DNA of 63,590 bases, filler included, from Kipferlia bialata (lineage: Eukaryota): NCBI GenBank assembly GCA_003568945.1. It is 7 parts of 6 records of this genome, joined end to end, with 100 filler letters (N's around TTAATTAATTAA, not from the genome) between each part and the next. Parts side by side here need not be neighbours in the genome. Positions count along the whole stretch, not along the records: positions 38,177 to 45,887 come from BDIP01000870.1; positions 45,988 to 59,977 come from BDIP01000871.1; 5 more parts are not named here. The stretch is one strand, 5' to 3'. Position 1 is the stretch's first letter, and the number at the start of each line of letters is the position of its first letter. The notes beneath the pieces were generated by a model. That model was not told the origin of the DNA. It saw nothing but the letters and a program-made list of their open reading frames with translations, and made no database searches. Both the position numbers and the translations under genes were made by a program. Of the stretch, positions 39,277 to 53,741 are shown in pieces.

Positions 39277-40235
39277 ACAGGTGGGGATATATGCGTATGT
39301 CACCTACGGTATGCGTTGCTCTTGTCTACTTGTATATATACCCCTGATGTCTGCTGTACCTCTTCCCTCTGGTCGGTGCACCACACACGTGCAGACTCTT
39401 CTTTAACCGACACAATTATACAACACAAGTCCCGTTCCCATCCCCTCTCTTTCTCTCTTCCTGCCCTTCCCCTTGTCTCTGTATCTCTCACATATATGCA
39501 TCTTGCCATTATCCACACTTTGACCTCCTCCCTAACACAGGCCGTCCTCCACATATGTATCAGGAAATGTATCAAAAGGGTACGTCCTGCTGTCCGTCCT
39601 GAGCGCACTCAGCTCCCCGACCTCGCACCTCTTTTCTTTTGCATGCAGCGTCAGCCACAGCCATTCCAGCCGTGTCTTAGCGTTCCCCATCATTGTGTTG
39701 TGTACTGATGTTCCTGCCCCTCCCATTCCTCCTCCAGCTTCCAAGCGTCGCCTGTTTACAGGCGACCTTCTCGGCCTATGGTCATCAAGTGGCGGACACC
39801 CCTGTTCCTGTCCCTACTAGTAGTAGGCAGAGTTCTGTGTCACTGCTCCACCAGAGGGACTGCCCCCCACCTTGTGACCCAGGTCTGTCTGGTTCCAGGT
39901 GGAAGTGAGTGTGTGTCTGGAAGCCAAGCCCTGGAAGGGTAGGCAGTGTTGTATATGGTGCTATTTGTTCTAGCTACGGTCCGTGATCTATCGGAGACTG
40001 CATAGTGTCCTGCATAAGGTTTGTGAGTGTATAGAATGGATCTATTGAGGCTTAACGAATGGTGGCCATTAATGTGTATATATGGATCGTCTTTCAAACC
40101 CAGCATATATTTGTGTTGGACACTACTCTATCGGTTCCCACTCCCGTCTGGCTCATTGAACTGGGGGCACTTCTCAATGAGGAGCCTCTCTCCCTGTTCC
40201 TCGTAGGCTGCCCTTGTGATACATCTACCTGGGGG

Positions 40236-43200
40236 TCAGAGACAGAGACTGGTACTGGAACACGCATCATAGGAAGAGGAAACTGGCCCTACATCACAGC
40301 TTCCTTGCCCTCTATTCCCCCTACCTTCGAAGGACGTGAGGGACCCCTCAATGGAACCACCTGGTGTCAGCACAGCAGCAGATAGACATCGACACATATA
40401 ACCAGCATCATCAAGTGGCACACTAACTGATATGCATATATACACACACACACACTGCCGCACCGACCCATGTTGAGTACTGCCTCTCTGTTGATGCTAC
40501 CACCTTGACCTCTGCCTTGGTGTATACGGCACCCACGTCATGGCCTAGACAGTCAGAGACAGGCATGGTGGTCCACATCCATACACACTATTGTGTATAT
40601 ATGCTGACACTAATACAGACCAAGGGCACCCACCTATTCTGGCTGGCACACCCTCCACACGGGTACAGCCACCTGACAGTCAGGACAGATACAGACACAG
40701 TGATATAGGGGGAGGAGACAGAGATTCACATCTATATATACTGAACTATTCCGTGGGTGTACCATATATTGATAAGACTACAAGTCCTCACTGTACTCAC
40801 CGACTAGCACAATGTTGCGGAGAAGGTCTCTCTTGCAGTCATAGTCTGACCGACTCAGGACATCAAGGACGGCCTGAGACACACCTGACAGTCAATAGGT
40901 CTGGGACATCAATGAGTCAGTAGAATGGGGACATCAGTTAGGAGTCGAAATGACTAGACAGCTAGACATACAGTGTCAAGGGTGAGTATGAACATATATA
41001 TATCCACTTGTCTATCTATGACCTTGTGAGTCCACATGGGGGGCAAAGAGAGTCTCTGCAGCGGTGTGACCAGCCTGCCTGGAGGGTGGGAGGAGGTGGA
41101 TGGGGAGATGAATGAGACAAGGGTCACGAGAGAGTACAGCACATATCACACTGTACACTCCACTCCCCCCCACCTCACAGCCCACTCGTCTATGACCTGG
41201 ACACCGTCGGGCAGGGACCGGCTGGGCCTGGGGTGGGCATGGGCACTGATATATATATATATATATATATATATGTATACAATTACACTGTAGTGTAAAT
41301 ACGAACATTGCGCATACCATGCAGCCACCGTATTCACTGTAACTCCCCACCTGAATATGTCACTGTATGCCACCTCCATCGGTAGGGTGGGTCCAGTGCC
41401 AGCCAGGGTAGGGGTATTGTCTGAGGGTCAGGGGTGGTCGTGACTGTAGAGGTAAGCAAGGATACCAACCGGGGTCTGTCAATATGTATATGATATGTAT
41501 ATGACCCCTTACCCTCTGCCAGACAGAATGACACATTCCCATGGTTGTTGGGATGATGGTTCCCTGAGCTCTGAGGGTTCACTCGGTAGGCGCCCTCTCT
41601 CATCTTACGGTAGTCGGTACGAACCCTGACAGTAAGTAACAGTAATATACATGTGTACCATCATGTATTCAGCACCCCTATTCTCCATATATACCATCTG
41701 AATGTCCGTACCGTGCGTCTTCTGCCATTGGGTACAGGTCCTGGTAGTATGCATCCTGCACAGATAGGCCACCTCGGAGTGAGACAGGGGGAGGGGGTGG
41801 GTGTACAAACCAGAGGACAGGCATACCACACAATGGGACAGAACACTCACAGCAGACCTCAACGTGGGACAGGAGGCCGCACTCCAAGACAAACACACAC
41901 ACACACCTATTGGCAGCCATACGTCTCTGCACACTTTGTATCCCTCATAGATTGACGATATCTGGGTGCCCCCGTGGCCTATATCCACACACAGGCCTAG
42001 GGGTCAGTGAGGGGATACAGTTTGCAATGCAAATAGTTGTCATACCAAGTACGACGGGATAGGGTGGTGTACAGAGTGTGCCACCTGTGCACCGGCCATT
42101 GCCGTATAGGGCCAGGGAAGACTCCATGGAGAACGCCATACTGGATAGGGAGAGGTCCTAGGGTGACGGAGCGATAGCAAGGGACCAAACTACCACCCAC
42201 CCACAATACATAGCAACAGTGGGACTGACCTCCAACCCTATGCGGCAGAGCTCTGCTACGTCTGACAGGGTGGTCTGGATACCTGAAGGGTGGGGGACAC
42301 AGGATGCAGTTAGGTATATACGTGACTTCTGTACAATGGGATGGTACTCCAGATATGCCATGACCCCCTACATTGGTCATACCCAAGTAACTAGTGTATG
42401 TATTTGTGTATGCATTCCGTACCCACTGGCATGAGGCAGGACCCCCCTCTGATGGGGATGTCCATCTGCTGATAGCATGACTCAATCATCATCTTGGCCC
42501 CATCCCTATGGATGAGGAGACACAGTGCAGGATACATAGTGTATATAGTGTTGGTAATACAAAGAGAAGATGAATGTAACATGTGTCAGTAGTATTGAGA
42601 CATAGATTGAATGACAAAGTATATCCACAACAATGCATTCACCAATAATACTAATGAATAGGTGGTTATCGAGATGTAGACACTCAGACAGCATACACCC
42701 TCTCTGTCGTGGATATAGTCCACTGGATACATATATAGGTACACATATAACGCTGGTCCGTACCAGCTATCACCCTCTGTGATACACATCCTTACCAATG
42801 TAACACTCTCCATGAAATACTCTAGTGTATATATAGGGCTGGCCCGTACCAGCTATCCACCCTCTGTCTGTGCATGAGGGGTATGCCCTCTGGTACGACA
42901 TGGGGGTGGGCAGGGTCGGGGTACACAATGCTGGGGGGTGAGTATGTACAGACAACACCATTGCAGAGCAGTGGCCGTAGTATATCACGTAGTATATTCA
43001 GACTAGGTGTACACCCCAAGCCGACGTTATCCAATACGGATATATATACTTGTATATACATATGCCCTGTCCTGACACCCACCCTGGCTGCTGGTTCCCC
43101 ACCCTCTCAGTCACCATGGACGGCATCACAAGCCGGGGGGCGTCATCCCCACACACACCGGCCTTGACCGTGTCGGTCCCAAGGCTGACCTGGGGGTAAG

Positions 43201-43311
43201 GGGGGATACTCAATATCAGTGTAGGCCAATATACACGTTTGAAACGTCCAATCACAAGGGTTGGGGGGGGGGGGGGTTACCTGTATGTCAGAACCAAAAG
43301 ACAAACTCACA
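40236..43311 (-). CDS. Highly divergent actin-related protein (ends uncertain)
   Basis: Actin motifs in order: LGTDTVKAGVCGDDAPRLVMPSMV; LALYGNGRCTG|LCVDIGHGGTQISSIYEGY; SLPDG; AETLFAP; DCKRDLLRNIVLVG|GCTRVEGVPARI; VKVVASTERQYSTWVG. Confidence 0.85.
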
Positions 43312-44574
43312 CTGTATATAGAGAGTATCCGATTCCATGTGGTGTATCACTCAGCACTTGGAGTCAGTGGCAAGAAAGGGGGTTGATTCGCGCTGATAAT
43401 ATACATGATTCTTCACTGAGCAACAAACATACATACGAATACATATGGATGTCAATACCGTATTCGTATACGGACATATATATCCCCTCGTCAGATTGAG
43501 ACAGAGTGAGGTGAGGCCTGACATGATGCTCAAGAGTCAACAACACAACCCAATCCACAATACCTTACTAGCGACACTACACAAGCAGTATGAACCCTAC
43601 TAAATCTATAGTGTTGTTTAAACCGATTCAGTAATGTTGGTGTGTTTATGGGTGTGTGAGAACGGATACCGGTCCATATACATACTACATAGATAGACCA
43701 ATTCAATCGGTGTCACAGAGACAATGAAAGCTTGAGGTACCATAGCTACACAGAGGGTCATACCTGAATTACTTCAACATCATCCATTGGGCACTACACA
43801 CAGAGTGTGTGTCACTCTCTCACTCCTGGGGTACTGAAAGGCAGAGTACCAGGTTCATTCTCAGACTGATCTCAGTTCCCTACACCCTTTATCTTCTGTT
43901 TTTGCCTTGATTCGGTCTTTGAATATCAAACGCCAAGTGTCAAGCACGGTCAGCCACAATCTGGCCACAGGATTCTCTTCCCTTTACAACAGCCACAGCA
44001 ATTGCTCCGCGCTGATAAACACTCACACACCTGTATAGAGCACACTGGTACTGCAGGGTAGCAGGAGAGAGATGGAAAATGCGTGGTTCCCGAGTGGGAA
44101 GGTATGGATATGCGATTTAGACGAATGTTTGGAATAACTCTAGAATTGTTTCCAGGGGACTGGGGGGGGGGAGGGGGAGGAGTTGATGATGTGGGAAGTA
44201 CCCTCGGATTGTTTTGAGATGGAAATAGCTGTCCAGGGGTGTTGTTATGTGTGTTCTGATATGATGATACCCTACAGTCACAGGCACTTGGAGTCACTCA
44301 CTGCTTTCACTGGGGTTTTGTGGTATTGGGACATAATGTATTGTCCACCGTTATTCATTGGAGGAACTCCCACCACCACCACCCACCTTCTACCTATTTG
44401 GTCCCTCTCTCCCATATTTTCATCGGTTGGTACCCTTCAATGTCGAATACATCCCTCTGGCATCTGACCCCCACGGTGATGACCCCTCTGACTGTATATC
44501 AGTATAGTTATAATCATTATAGCGAGTGTATGTGTGTATATATCTATCTGCTATCACTGGTCTCTGACCCCCAG

Positions 44575-45784
44575 GGTGATGAGCACTATGACTGGGCAGG
44601 GATAGTGGAGATGGCAGAGTTCCTCAGGTAGGGGGGGTGTCGTTACTGTCTTGACGTGTGTGTCTGGCTCTGCCAATGTTTGTGTATACATGACAATTGC
44701 TATGCAGTGATTACTGATTACCTGGGAGTGTTTTGTCTTGACATGTTTGGTATCATACACTATACATATACCATGCAACCACTGCCGTATGTCTGTGCAT
44801 CTCTGTCTCTTGTGTCTCACTTCTTGTCTCTTGTGCCATCTATGATTCTATGCCTCATGTTAGGGATGAGCCGGAGTCCCCCCTGGGCCTCAGGATACAG
44901 GAGTCCCTTGACGTCATAGGAGAGGCCTTCCAGAGGTTCCACAACGGTATGCAGTCATGCTGTAGTCTCTTACTCCCACTCTCTTTACCCAACTACTCCC
45001 ATATACCTACTTAGACCCCATATTTGGCTGTCCATGCTTGACCTACCCCCCTCACCCCAGACCCCGTGGCCATATCCTTCAACGGCGGCAAGGACTGCAC
45101 GGTGCTGGTGCAGGTACGGTACAGTGGATATATGTATGAGATATATACATGTCAGTACAATGCAGTGGCATGGTAGAGTGATTCCTATACAGTACCCAAT
45201 ACCCTAATGCCAGCTGGTTAGACTCTGGGCCCACATGGAGGCAGAGAGGACACACACTGACAGAATGGAGTTCTTGCAGGTACACTGCTCTCATGTATAT
45301 GTGTACTCTTTGTTATGAAGAGTCCTGTATGGATGTGTGTATATCATATCCCTGATGTATATAGTGACTCTCTCTACCTCCTGCTGACCCAGGCCCGTGT
45401 GCCTGTGTTCTTCCTCAGGACAGGGAACCAGTTCCCAGAGGTGTCAGACTTCATTAGGTAGGTGTCATCATGATATCACTGTTATCGTCGGATACCGTGA
45501 GCTTGAGGCGTCAATATGCCCCCTCCCTCCCCCCCGCCCCCTGACCCCAGGTACCTGGACTCCCATGTGGGTCTCAAGGTCAAGACACTCTCAGACGCCC
45601 CGTTCAAGAACCTGCTCGAGGACTACATAGACGAGACAGGTAGGGGGAGGGGGTATTTAACCATATATATGTGTGTAGTTGTATTGATGTCTCACCCTCC
45701 CAGGCATCAAGGGTGTGTTTGTGGGTGTCCGAAGCACTGACCCAACCGGCCATGATATCGGGTTTTTCCAGGACCCATCCCCAG
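44575..45784 (+). CDS. FAD1: FAD synthase, PAPS-reductase family (possible first exon 44072-44101; 3' partial)
   Basis: AISFNGGKDCTVL; FPEVSDFI; IKGVFVGVRSTDP. Confidence 0.85.
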
Positions 45785-45840
45785 GTACACACCCTTGGCC
45801 AAGTACCATGCTCTATTGTGTGTTCTGCCACTACTCTTCC

Positions 45841-45877
<37 letters not shown>

Positions 45878-45987
45878 CCTCCCCCGCNNNNNNNNNNNNN
45901 NNNNNNNNNNNNNNNNNNNNNNNNNNNNNNNTTAATTAATTAANNNNNNNNNNNNNNNNNNNNNNNNNNNNNNNNNNNNNNNNNNNN

Positions 45988-46042
<55 letters not shown>

Positions 46043-46063
46043 ATATTGTCATTATAACCCCAG

Positions 46064-46159
46064 AGCGCCACCCGAGCATGATCTCCTATGCCGGCATGAG
46101 GGACAAGAGGGGGCAGAGACTGAAGGTATATAGTATACTATGTATGTGTTAATGTGTAA

Positions 46160-46190
<31 letters not shown>

Positions 46191-48347
46191 TACTATTATA
46201 AGTGTATAAGTGTGGAGTATGTATCCTTTGCCGGCATGAGGGACAAGAGGGGGCAGAGGCTCAAGGTATAGAGTGTACTGTGTATGTGTTAAATGTGTAA
46301 ATATATATAGAGAGAGAGAGACTGAGTGAGAGACTATTATATGTGTATATGTATGAATATATATATATATCCTTTGCCGGCATGAGGGACAAGAGGGTGC
46401 AGAGGCTCAAGGTATGGAGAGAGCATAATACATATATGTATATGTATATATTTGTATATTATCCTTCTGACCCCCAGCCCGTGCCCTTCAGTGATGTCTC
46501 TCTCTCTCTCTCTCTCTTTCTATTTATTTGTATATGTATATCTATATCTATATATATATACATTATGCCTCTGACCCCCAGCCCGTGCCCTTCAGTGATG
46601 TCTCTCTCAACGGGGACAAGTGCAACCAGACACAGGTATATACATATATATATGGATGTGAATATATATTTATATATACTATATATATATTGTACACGGT
46701 ATAGTGTATAATACTTCAACGGGGACAAGTGCAACCAGACAGGTATACGAACTTATATATTTGTTATATGTATAATATATATAGACTATATACATTTTGT
46801 ACACCGTATAATAGTACATGTCTCACTCAACGGGGACAAGTGCAACCAGACACAGGTATGTACATATACAATAATATACTATTTACTATGTTCTACATAC
46901 TATATACTGTATACTATATACTATATACTGTATACTGAATATAATATACTGTATAGATTAGATAGTATAATAGTATATGTGCAACCAGACACAGGTATAC
47001 TAGTTCTATCCACATATTGTGTGTATAGTGTATGGTGTATACATGTATATATAGTGTATTGCACTCACTCCCAGGTCGTGGCCAGCTACCTCTCCACCAA
47101 CTTTGCATTCTACCCTATACATATCCATTATAAATGCATACACATATATAGTTATACTTACATTCTCTAATGTTGACTTCTCACTCACCCAGGTCGTGGC
47201 CAGCTACCTCTCCACCTTCTTTGTGGTGGTGGACATGTACCTCACAGGTATTGCATATATATATATATATGCAAGAGATAGATACTTTGATAGACAGATG
47301 GATGGATGGGCAGAAAGAGATATATGGTAGATAATATTAGATATATGTATATACCTTCTTTGTGGTGGTCGACATGTACCTGACAGGTAATAGGAGTACA
47401 ATACTATTTGTACATGTATATATGTGTACATATGGGAATAGGTTTACTATATACTCTATACAATTGCTCTATACAATTGTTCTATACATTATAGTAGCCT
47501 CCCCTTTCAGGTGGACATGTACCTCACAGGTATTGGATTGATAGAGACATGTATATACAGTTATAGTACACATCAGTAATGTGTGACATATATATATATA
47601 TATGGAGCAGATATAGAAACACCTTCTTGTGGTGGTGGACATGTACCTCACAGGTAGTGTTATGTGAACATTATTGTATGTATACATTGAGGTATATTTT
47701 GTGTAGTATCAAGGTATGGGTACTTAACTATAGATACTCACATATGTATAAATATGAATACATATATGAATGTGTGATACATGTAGCAATGGCGTTTCTT
47801 GGTTTCTTTATTGAGTGTTGATGTGTTGATATAGTCTTGACTTAGAATCAGTGTCAGTATCAGTATCAGTACATCATATGTAAATTGCAATAGTAGCCTC
47901 CCCCCTCCCTCACCTCTAGGCAATGTCAACGACTACGGCTGCACGTTTTACCCACTCTCTTGTGTTGTTCCGCATTACTATATGTATGGAGTATATTGAG
48001 ACCTCTGTCTCTCTCTCTATATACTTATACTAGGCAATGTCAACGACTACGGCTACGCACTCAAGGAGCCATTCGAGAGGTCAGTGCATATATATAGATA
48101 TATACATATACTTGCATATATAGAGATAGAATGTGTATTCATTATATATACTCAAGGAGCCATTCGAGAGGTCAGTATATTGTAATAACTACAATAATGA
48201 AGTAGCATTACTATTCTTTCTCTGTCAATTCTTGTGGGTCTCAACCCCCAATTGACATCACACATTTTATATGTGTGTACATATTATTATTGATGGGTTT
48301 CTCTCTGTCTCAATGTTCAGGTTCTCCCTCAGTCCCATCGACATCAT

Positions 48348-48397
<50 letters not shown>

Positions 48398-48915
48398 TAT
48401 TATCTACATGTATGTAATGTATGTCTTAACCCCCAGGTTCTCCCCCTCCCCCATCGACATCATTGCATTCATGGAGAGGACAGGGCAGGTGAGGGGATGA
48501 TTGTATATATGGATATATACTAACTATGTGTATATATTTAGTAATATAGGTGTGTAATGTATATACATGTGGACATCATTGCATTCATGGAGAGGACAGG
48601 GCAGGTGTGGATACATATACACTGTGCTGTATATATAAACATCATCCATTTGCATATAGTGGTGTAGAAATATAGATTCCATACATTTGGGTATATATGT
48701 GGACATCATTGCATGGAGGGGACAGGGCAGGTCAGGGGATATATATGTGGTTACTATATATGTCTGACTATTCTTGTATAATGTTTCCTTACCCCCAGGT
48801 CCAGCCCACCGCTGCCTCTGTCAGACAGTACACACAGTTCGAGGAGGTATATTGTAATACATATTCTCAAATATATATAGATTGTATTTATATACTGTAT
48901 GAATACTATACACAC

Positions 48916-48950
<35 letters not shown>

Positions 48951-50046
48951 TAGAAGCCTCTGTCAGACAGTACACACAGTTCGAAGAGGTACAGTAAATA
49001 TATATACATATACAGATAGATATATACATATATACACATGTATATATATACATATATATACAATGTATGTATAGGCGAGTTCACACAGATCGAGGAGGTA
49101 CAGCATCTCTATCTACTCACTCTCTATTATCATCCCACATTCTCTACATATATCCTTTAACCAAGACTTGGCTCCTGGCATCTATCTCTCCCTCCCTCTC
49201 TCTCTCACCCCAGGCCCCTCTGACCCCCCCTCTCCCCCTGTCCTGCCTGCTCAACACAGTGCCAGCGGTGGGACTGAGGTTCTGTCTCGAGAGGCCCCTC
49301 TGGAACAAGGTACATAGAATGTATATATATAGCTATATATGTATCAAGATATATCTGTAGTATACTTGTAATACATAGAATATATCTATATCGTATACAC
49401 AAGGCCAGTCTACATCATTTGCATATATACTCTATACATATTATCTCTCTCTGTATATTGTGTGTTTGTGTATATATGTTTCTGTTTCTGTATATATACT
49501 CCCTGCGTATTTGTGTATAACGCCCAGGTTCGTGCCAGTGCAGATATACTATAACATTTACAATTTGTGATACCATACTATACTATACTCTACTATACTA
49601 TTTACTGTATAGTTGTTAAGTACTAACCCTTAGGTCCGTGTCAGTGCCGGTTGGACCCACAAGGAGATGTCTGAGCAGCAGAGGAAGAAGGTATGCATAT
49701 ATTCATCTATATTCATTCATTTATAGAGAGAGAGAGAGAGAGAGAGAGAGTGAGTGAGTATTATACTCTCTACACAGTCACACTTAGGGCCACTCTCTCC
49801 AGTTATGTCTCTCTATGTATATTCATACTCATATATAGGTCCCCACCCGTGTTGTAGACACCCTTGCCCCTGGGTTCACACCAGAGAGGGTGCAGTTCCT
49901 GCCAGAGGAGGTATTATAGTGTATATAGTGTATATACAGTATATAAAGTATATTGGATTAGTATTACATATAGATGCCTATATAAGTATATATATATATA
50001 TACCCTAGGTTCACACCGGAGAGGGTGCAGTTCCTGCCAGAGGAGG

Positions 50047-50083
<37 letters not shown>

Positions 50084-51024
50084 ATAGCTCACCTCCCAGG
50101 CCCAGCAGGGCATGGTGTTTGTTCTCTCTCCCCCTATATCCATATAAGTATATATATATATATATGTCAATGTGTATACATATATATACCTCACCCCCAG
50201 GCCCAGCAGCGCATGGTGGATGTCATCACCAAGGTGTCACCCCTGTACAACACTCAGGTATGGATATATTATCGTCGTATACAATATACATACAACATAT
50301 AATATACACTATATACTATAATACAGTATGGTGGTGTCACCAAGGTGTCACCCCTGTACAACATGCAGGTGGGGATATGTTATTACTCTATATATAGTAT
50401 AGTATTGTATATATCTGTATTCTGTGTAGTCTCACCCCCTAGGGCTCTGACCACCTCTCTCTCTCTCTCTCTCGTTATGTATATATATATATATATATAT
50501 ATATGTACTTTCAATATGTATCACCCCCAGGGCTCTGACCACCTGCTAGTGCACTCAAGGGCACAGCCACCAGGTATGTATGTGTGCAAGTATTCATATT
50601 TGTATATATCAATATATATAGTATAGTATATAGTACATATAGAGAGATGCACCTGTTGGTGCACTCCAGGGCACAGCCTCCAGGTACTCTACATAGAATA
50701 TAGTGTATTGTGGTATAGACATACTCTATATGCATGGAGAGAGAGAGATAAAGAGAGAGATAGAGGGGAATATAGAGTAGAAAGTGCACTCAAGGGCACA
50801 GCCACCAGGTACAGACGTATACACAGACACACTCTATATATATATGGAGAGAGAGAGGGGGGGGGGAGAGAGAGAGAGTAGTAGTAGTAAGTGCACTCAA
50901 GGGCACACCCACCAGGTACATATTTGTGCATATACATGTGGGTGAATGTATGAATGTGTATATGTAAATACAAATGTATATGTCCATTGCGTCTTTCAGT
51001 CTCTCCAACCCCCAGCATGGCTGT

Positions 51025-51060
<36 letters not shown>

Positions 51061-51380
51061 TCTCTCTATTTACTAACCCCCAGCCTGGCTGCTGTCCTCT
51101 GGCTTCACCAGACAGGTCAGAGACGCAACAGGCCTCTTAGAGGTATGTGTGTATGTATGTAGCAGCATATACATATATATTAGTACATATATATGTATGC
51201 ATATATATATGTGTATGTCGCCAGACAGGTCAGAGACGCAACAGGGCTACTGGAGGTATGGGTGGTATATTCGTATATCTATATATAGTTCAATGAATAG
51301 CTATCTTCGGTACCATTGACGGTTGGAAGTGGATATACCTATCTAACACTCCAGCCATGTCCCCCATGAGCATGTGTGTT

Positions 51381-51418
<38 letters not shown>

Positions 51419-51934
51419 TCTTACCCTCTAGCCCAGCCGTGTGCCCCGTGAGCATGCCTCCTCCATCAGTGTGACATCCAGGGCATATGTACACGAGAGG
51501 TATAGATATAGTGTATATATAGCATATATATATAGTATATAGTATAGTGTATAGTATATATATAGTATGCCTCCTCCATCAGTGTGACATCCAGGGCATA
51601 TGTACACGAGAGGTATATATATAGTGTATATATACATATACATATGTATATAGTGTATAGTATATAGTGTATGGTATATATGTACAGAATGCCTACCCCC
51701 TTGTCCCCCTGACATCTCTCTCTCTCTCTCTCTCTCTCCTCTCTTAGTATAGTTTACAGAATGTTCTAACGCAGCAACGCCCTGATCTCTCTCTCTCTCT
51801 CTCCCTATTGTATTCCCTATTACATTTATTGTATACTAATTCCCAGCAATGCCCCCCGTGTGGCCCTCCCCCTGACCCCTGGTGAGATACAGAGCATAGA
51901 GGACACACGGGCTGGGAGACAGCAGTTCACTCAG
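46064..51934 (+). CDS. Hypothetical multi-exon protein with exon echoes (partial at both ends)
   Basis: Spliced frame RHPSMISYAGMRDK...VVASYLSTFFVVVDMYLTG...LRFCLERPLWNK...NAPRVALPLTPGEIQ...QFTQ ending in a donor. Confidence 0.75.
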
Positions 51935-52091
51935 GTATGCAAAATGTAATTCTATACTAATACATACGATGCATTATACATTTGAAAGAGAACTAATCTA
52001 CATACTACTAAGGAGAAGGGGGGTGGAAGGTAGTAGATACAGGATGCTAAGGGGGGGGGGGGGGGGGGGGGAGGGGGGGGGGGGGGAGAAA

Positions 52092-52135
<44 letters not shown>

Positions 52136-52183
52136 TTCAGCAATACAGAGGTGAGTGTACTACTGAATAACAGAGAGACTAAC

Positions 52184-52990
52184 CTTTCTCCTGGCAGCCA
52201 GGTAGTATGCATCACGGGGCAGGATCTGGGTGCGGGAGTCAATGTGGGCAACCTGGGGATCAGTAATGGATTGCGAGTCGGAATGTATACACGAGAGTAA
52301 GTACTGCGCATAGAGTTCACCAACATATGTTCAGAAATTACAGCAAACTAGTCTCTTGGAGGAGTTACATAGTAGAGGGCAATATCGCAATATTGAGAGT
52401 AATATACCAGACTATACTTGTTTACCTAATACCTGCAATGCCAGTTACTGAAATCAACCCACCCACATAGATAATCTAAAACAATATCCATAGGCATATA
52501 GTGACCTGGTGTACAACACAATGCATGTAACTCTCATACCATGCTCAAATGTACATACCTGCATGGCCAGTCTCTGGAGCTCAGTGGCCTTGGGCCCAGC
52601 CTCCTCCTCGTCCTCCTCCTCCTCCCCAGCCTTGGGTGTCCTGTGCACAAGGGCAGCGTCGCCTGTGAAGGGGATCTGGGAGTCGGGCCCCACCCCAGCA
52701 GAGGTCAGCACAGCCTTGGCCTCATCGTCAACAGAGGGCAGCTCAGCCCACTCCACACAGTCCTGGGAGTACAGAGTGTGCTCATAAAGCTTCTCCTTGT
52801 CCCCACTGCCCTGAATGAGCCAGTAGTCAGCTGTCACACCGCGGATGCGGCCCCAGAACTGGCATCTAGAGAATTTCCGGTCATTGCAGATCACTGGGAG
52901 GGCGAGCTCAATGATAGCCTTCTGCTCTGGGGAGATTGGGATCCCCAGGCCCTGCAGCCTCTGTGCATAGGTCAGGAAGTCAAGCTCCAT
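52184..52990 (-). CDS. RSPH9: Radial spoke head protein 9 homolog (exons 52990-52559 and 52252-52184; 3' part missing)
   Basis: SPEQKAII...QFWGRIRGVTADYWLIQG...LYSQDCVEWAELP...FTGDAA...ELQRLAMQVAHIDSRTQILPRDAY. Confidence 0.85.
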
Positions 52991-53266
52991 GTGTGGACGC
53001 TTGAAAGTGAGCAACTCGAGTCACAGCATGAAAATCACTTCGAAAAGCCAAAAAACTCAAAGAAGCAAAAGGGTTCAGTACCATGATGCCGGTATCACTG
53101 CCAGCCCTAACCTTCGCACACCTGCGGAGCAAGGTCTGCACGTTCAGAACAGGAATCATTGGGCCCTACCTACCGTTAGCTTTTCTCAGAGCCTGCTGAG
53201 CCCGTACGGAGCACCTCCCCCCCTGAGAGTGTGTGCTAGGGAGAGAGAGAGAGAGAGAGAGAGAGT

Positions 53267-53416
53267 ATGGAAGTGAATACCAGTTCTGCCCCCCGCCACT
53301 CCTCGTCTAGGAAGAGGCGGGAGAGCTCCCACCACCGGAGTAGCCGGCGGACACGGAATGAGATCCCACATGGGGTGACGCCCAGTGACTTTGACTTTCT
53401 GGAGACAATTGGTGTG
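53267..53416 (+). CDS. First exon of a probable Ser/Thr protein kinase (AGC-like)
   Basis: VTPSDFDFLETIGV followed by a GTGAGT donor resembles the start of kinase subdomain I. The rest of the domain is not visible (gap). Confidence 0.5.
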
Positions 53417-53692
53417 GTGAGTGTAGTGTATATATACTTGCTTGGATACCCTGTGGTTTATATGGTTATAGATATATACATTCACGTATACACTTATGTA
53501 CGATGCATATATGAGCTAGATAGTTGCCTGAATGCAGTTTCAGAGGTGATTGTATTATCGGTATCGGTACCGATATACTTCTATATACTTTCATTTGCAT
53601 CAGTGTTAACCCTCTGTGTTGTATGTATTGCATAAAGAGTATATTGACACCTGGAGTTGCCAAGCTACCCATACTCTGAGCATATTTGTACG

Positions 53693-53741
<49 letters not shown>

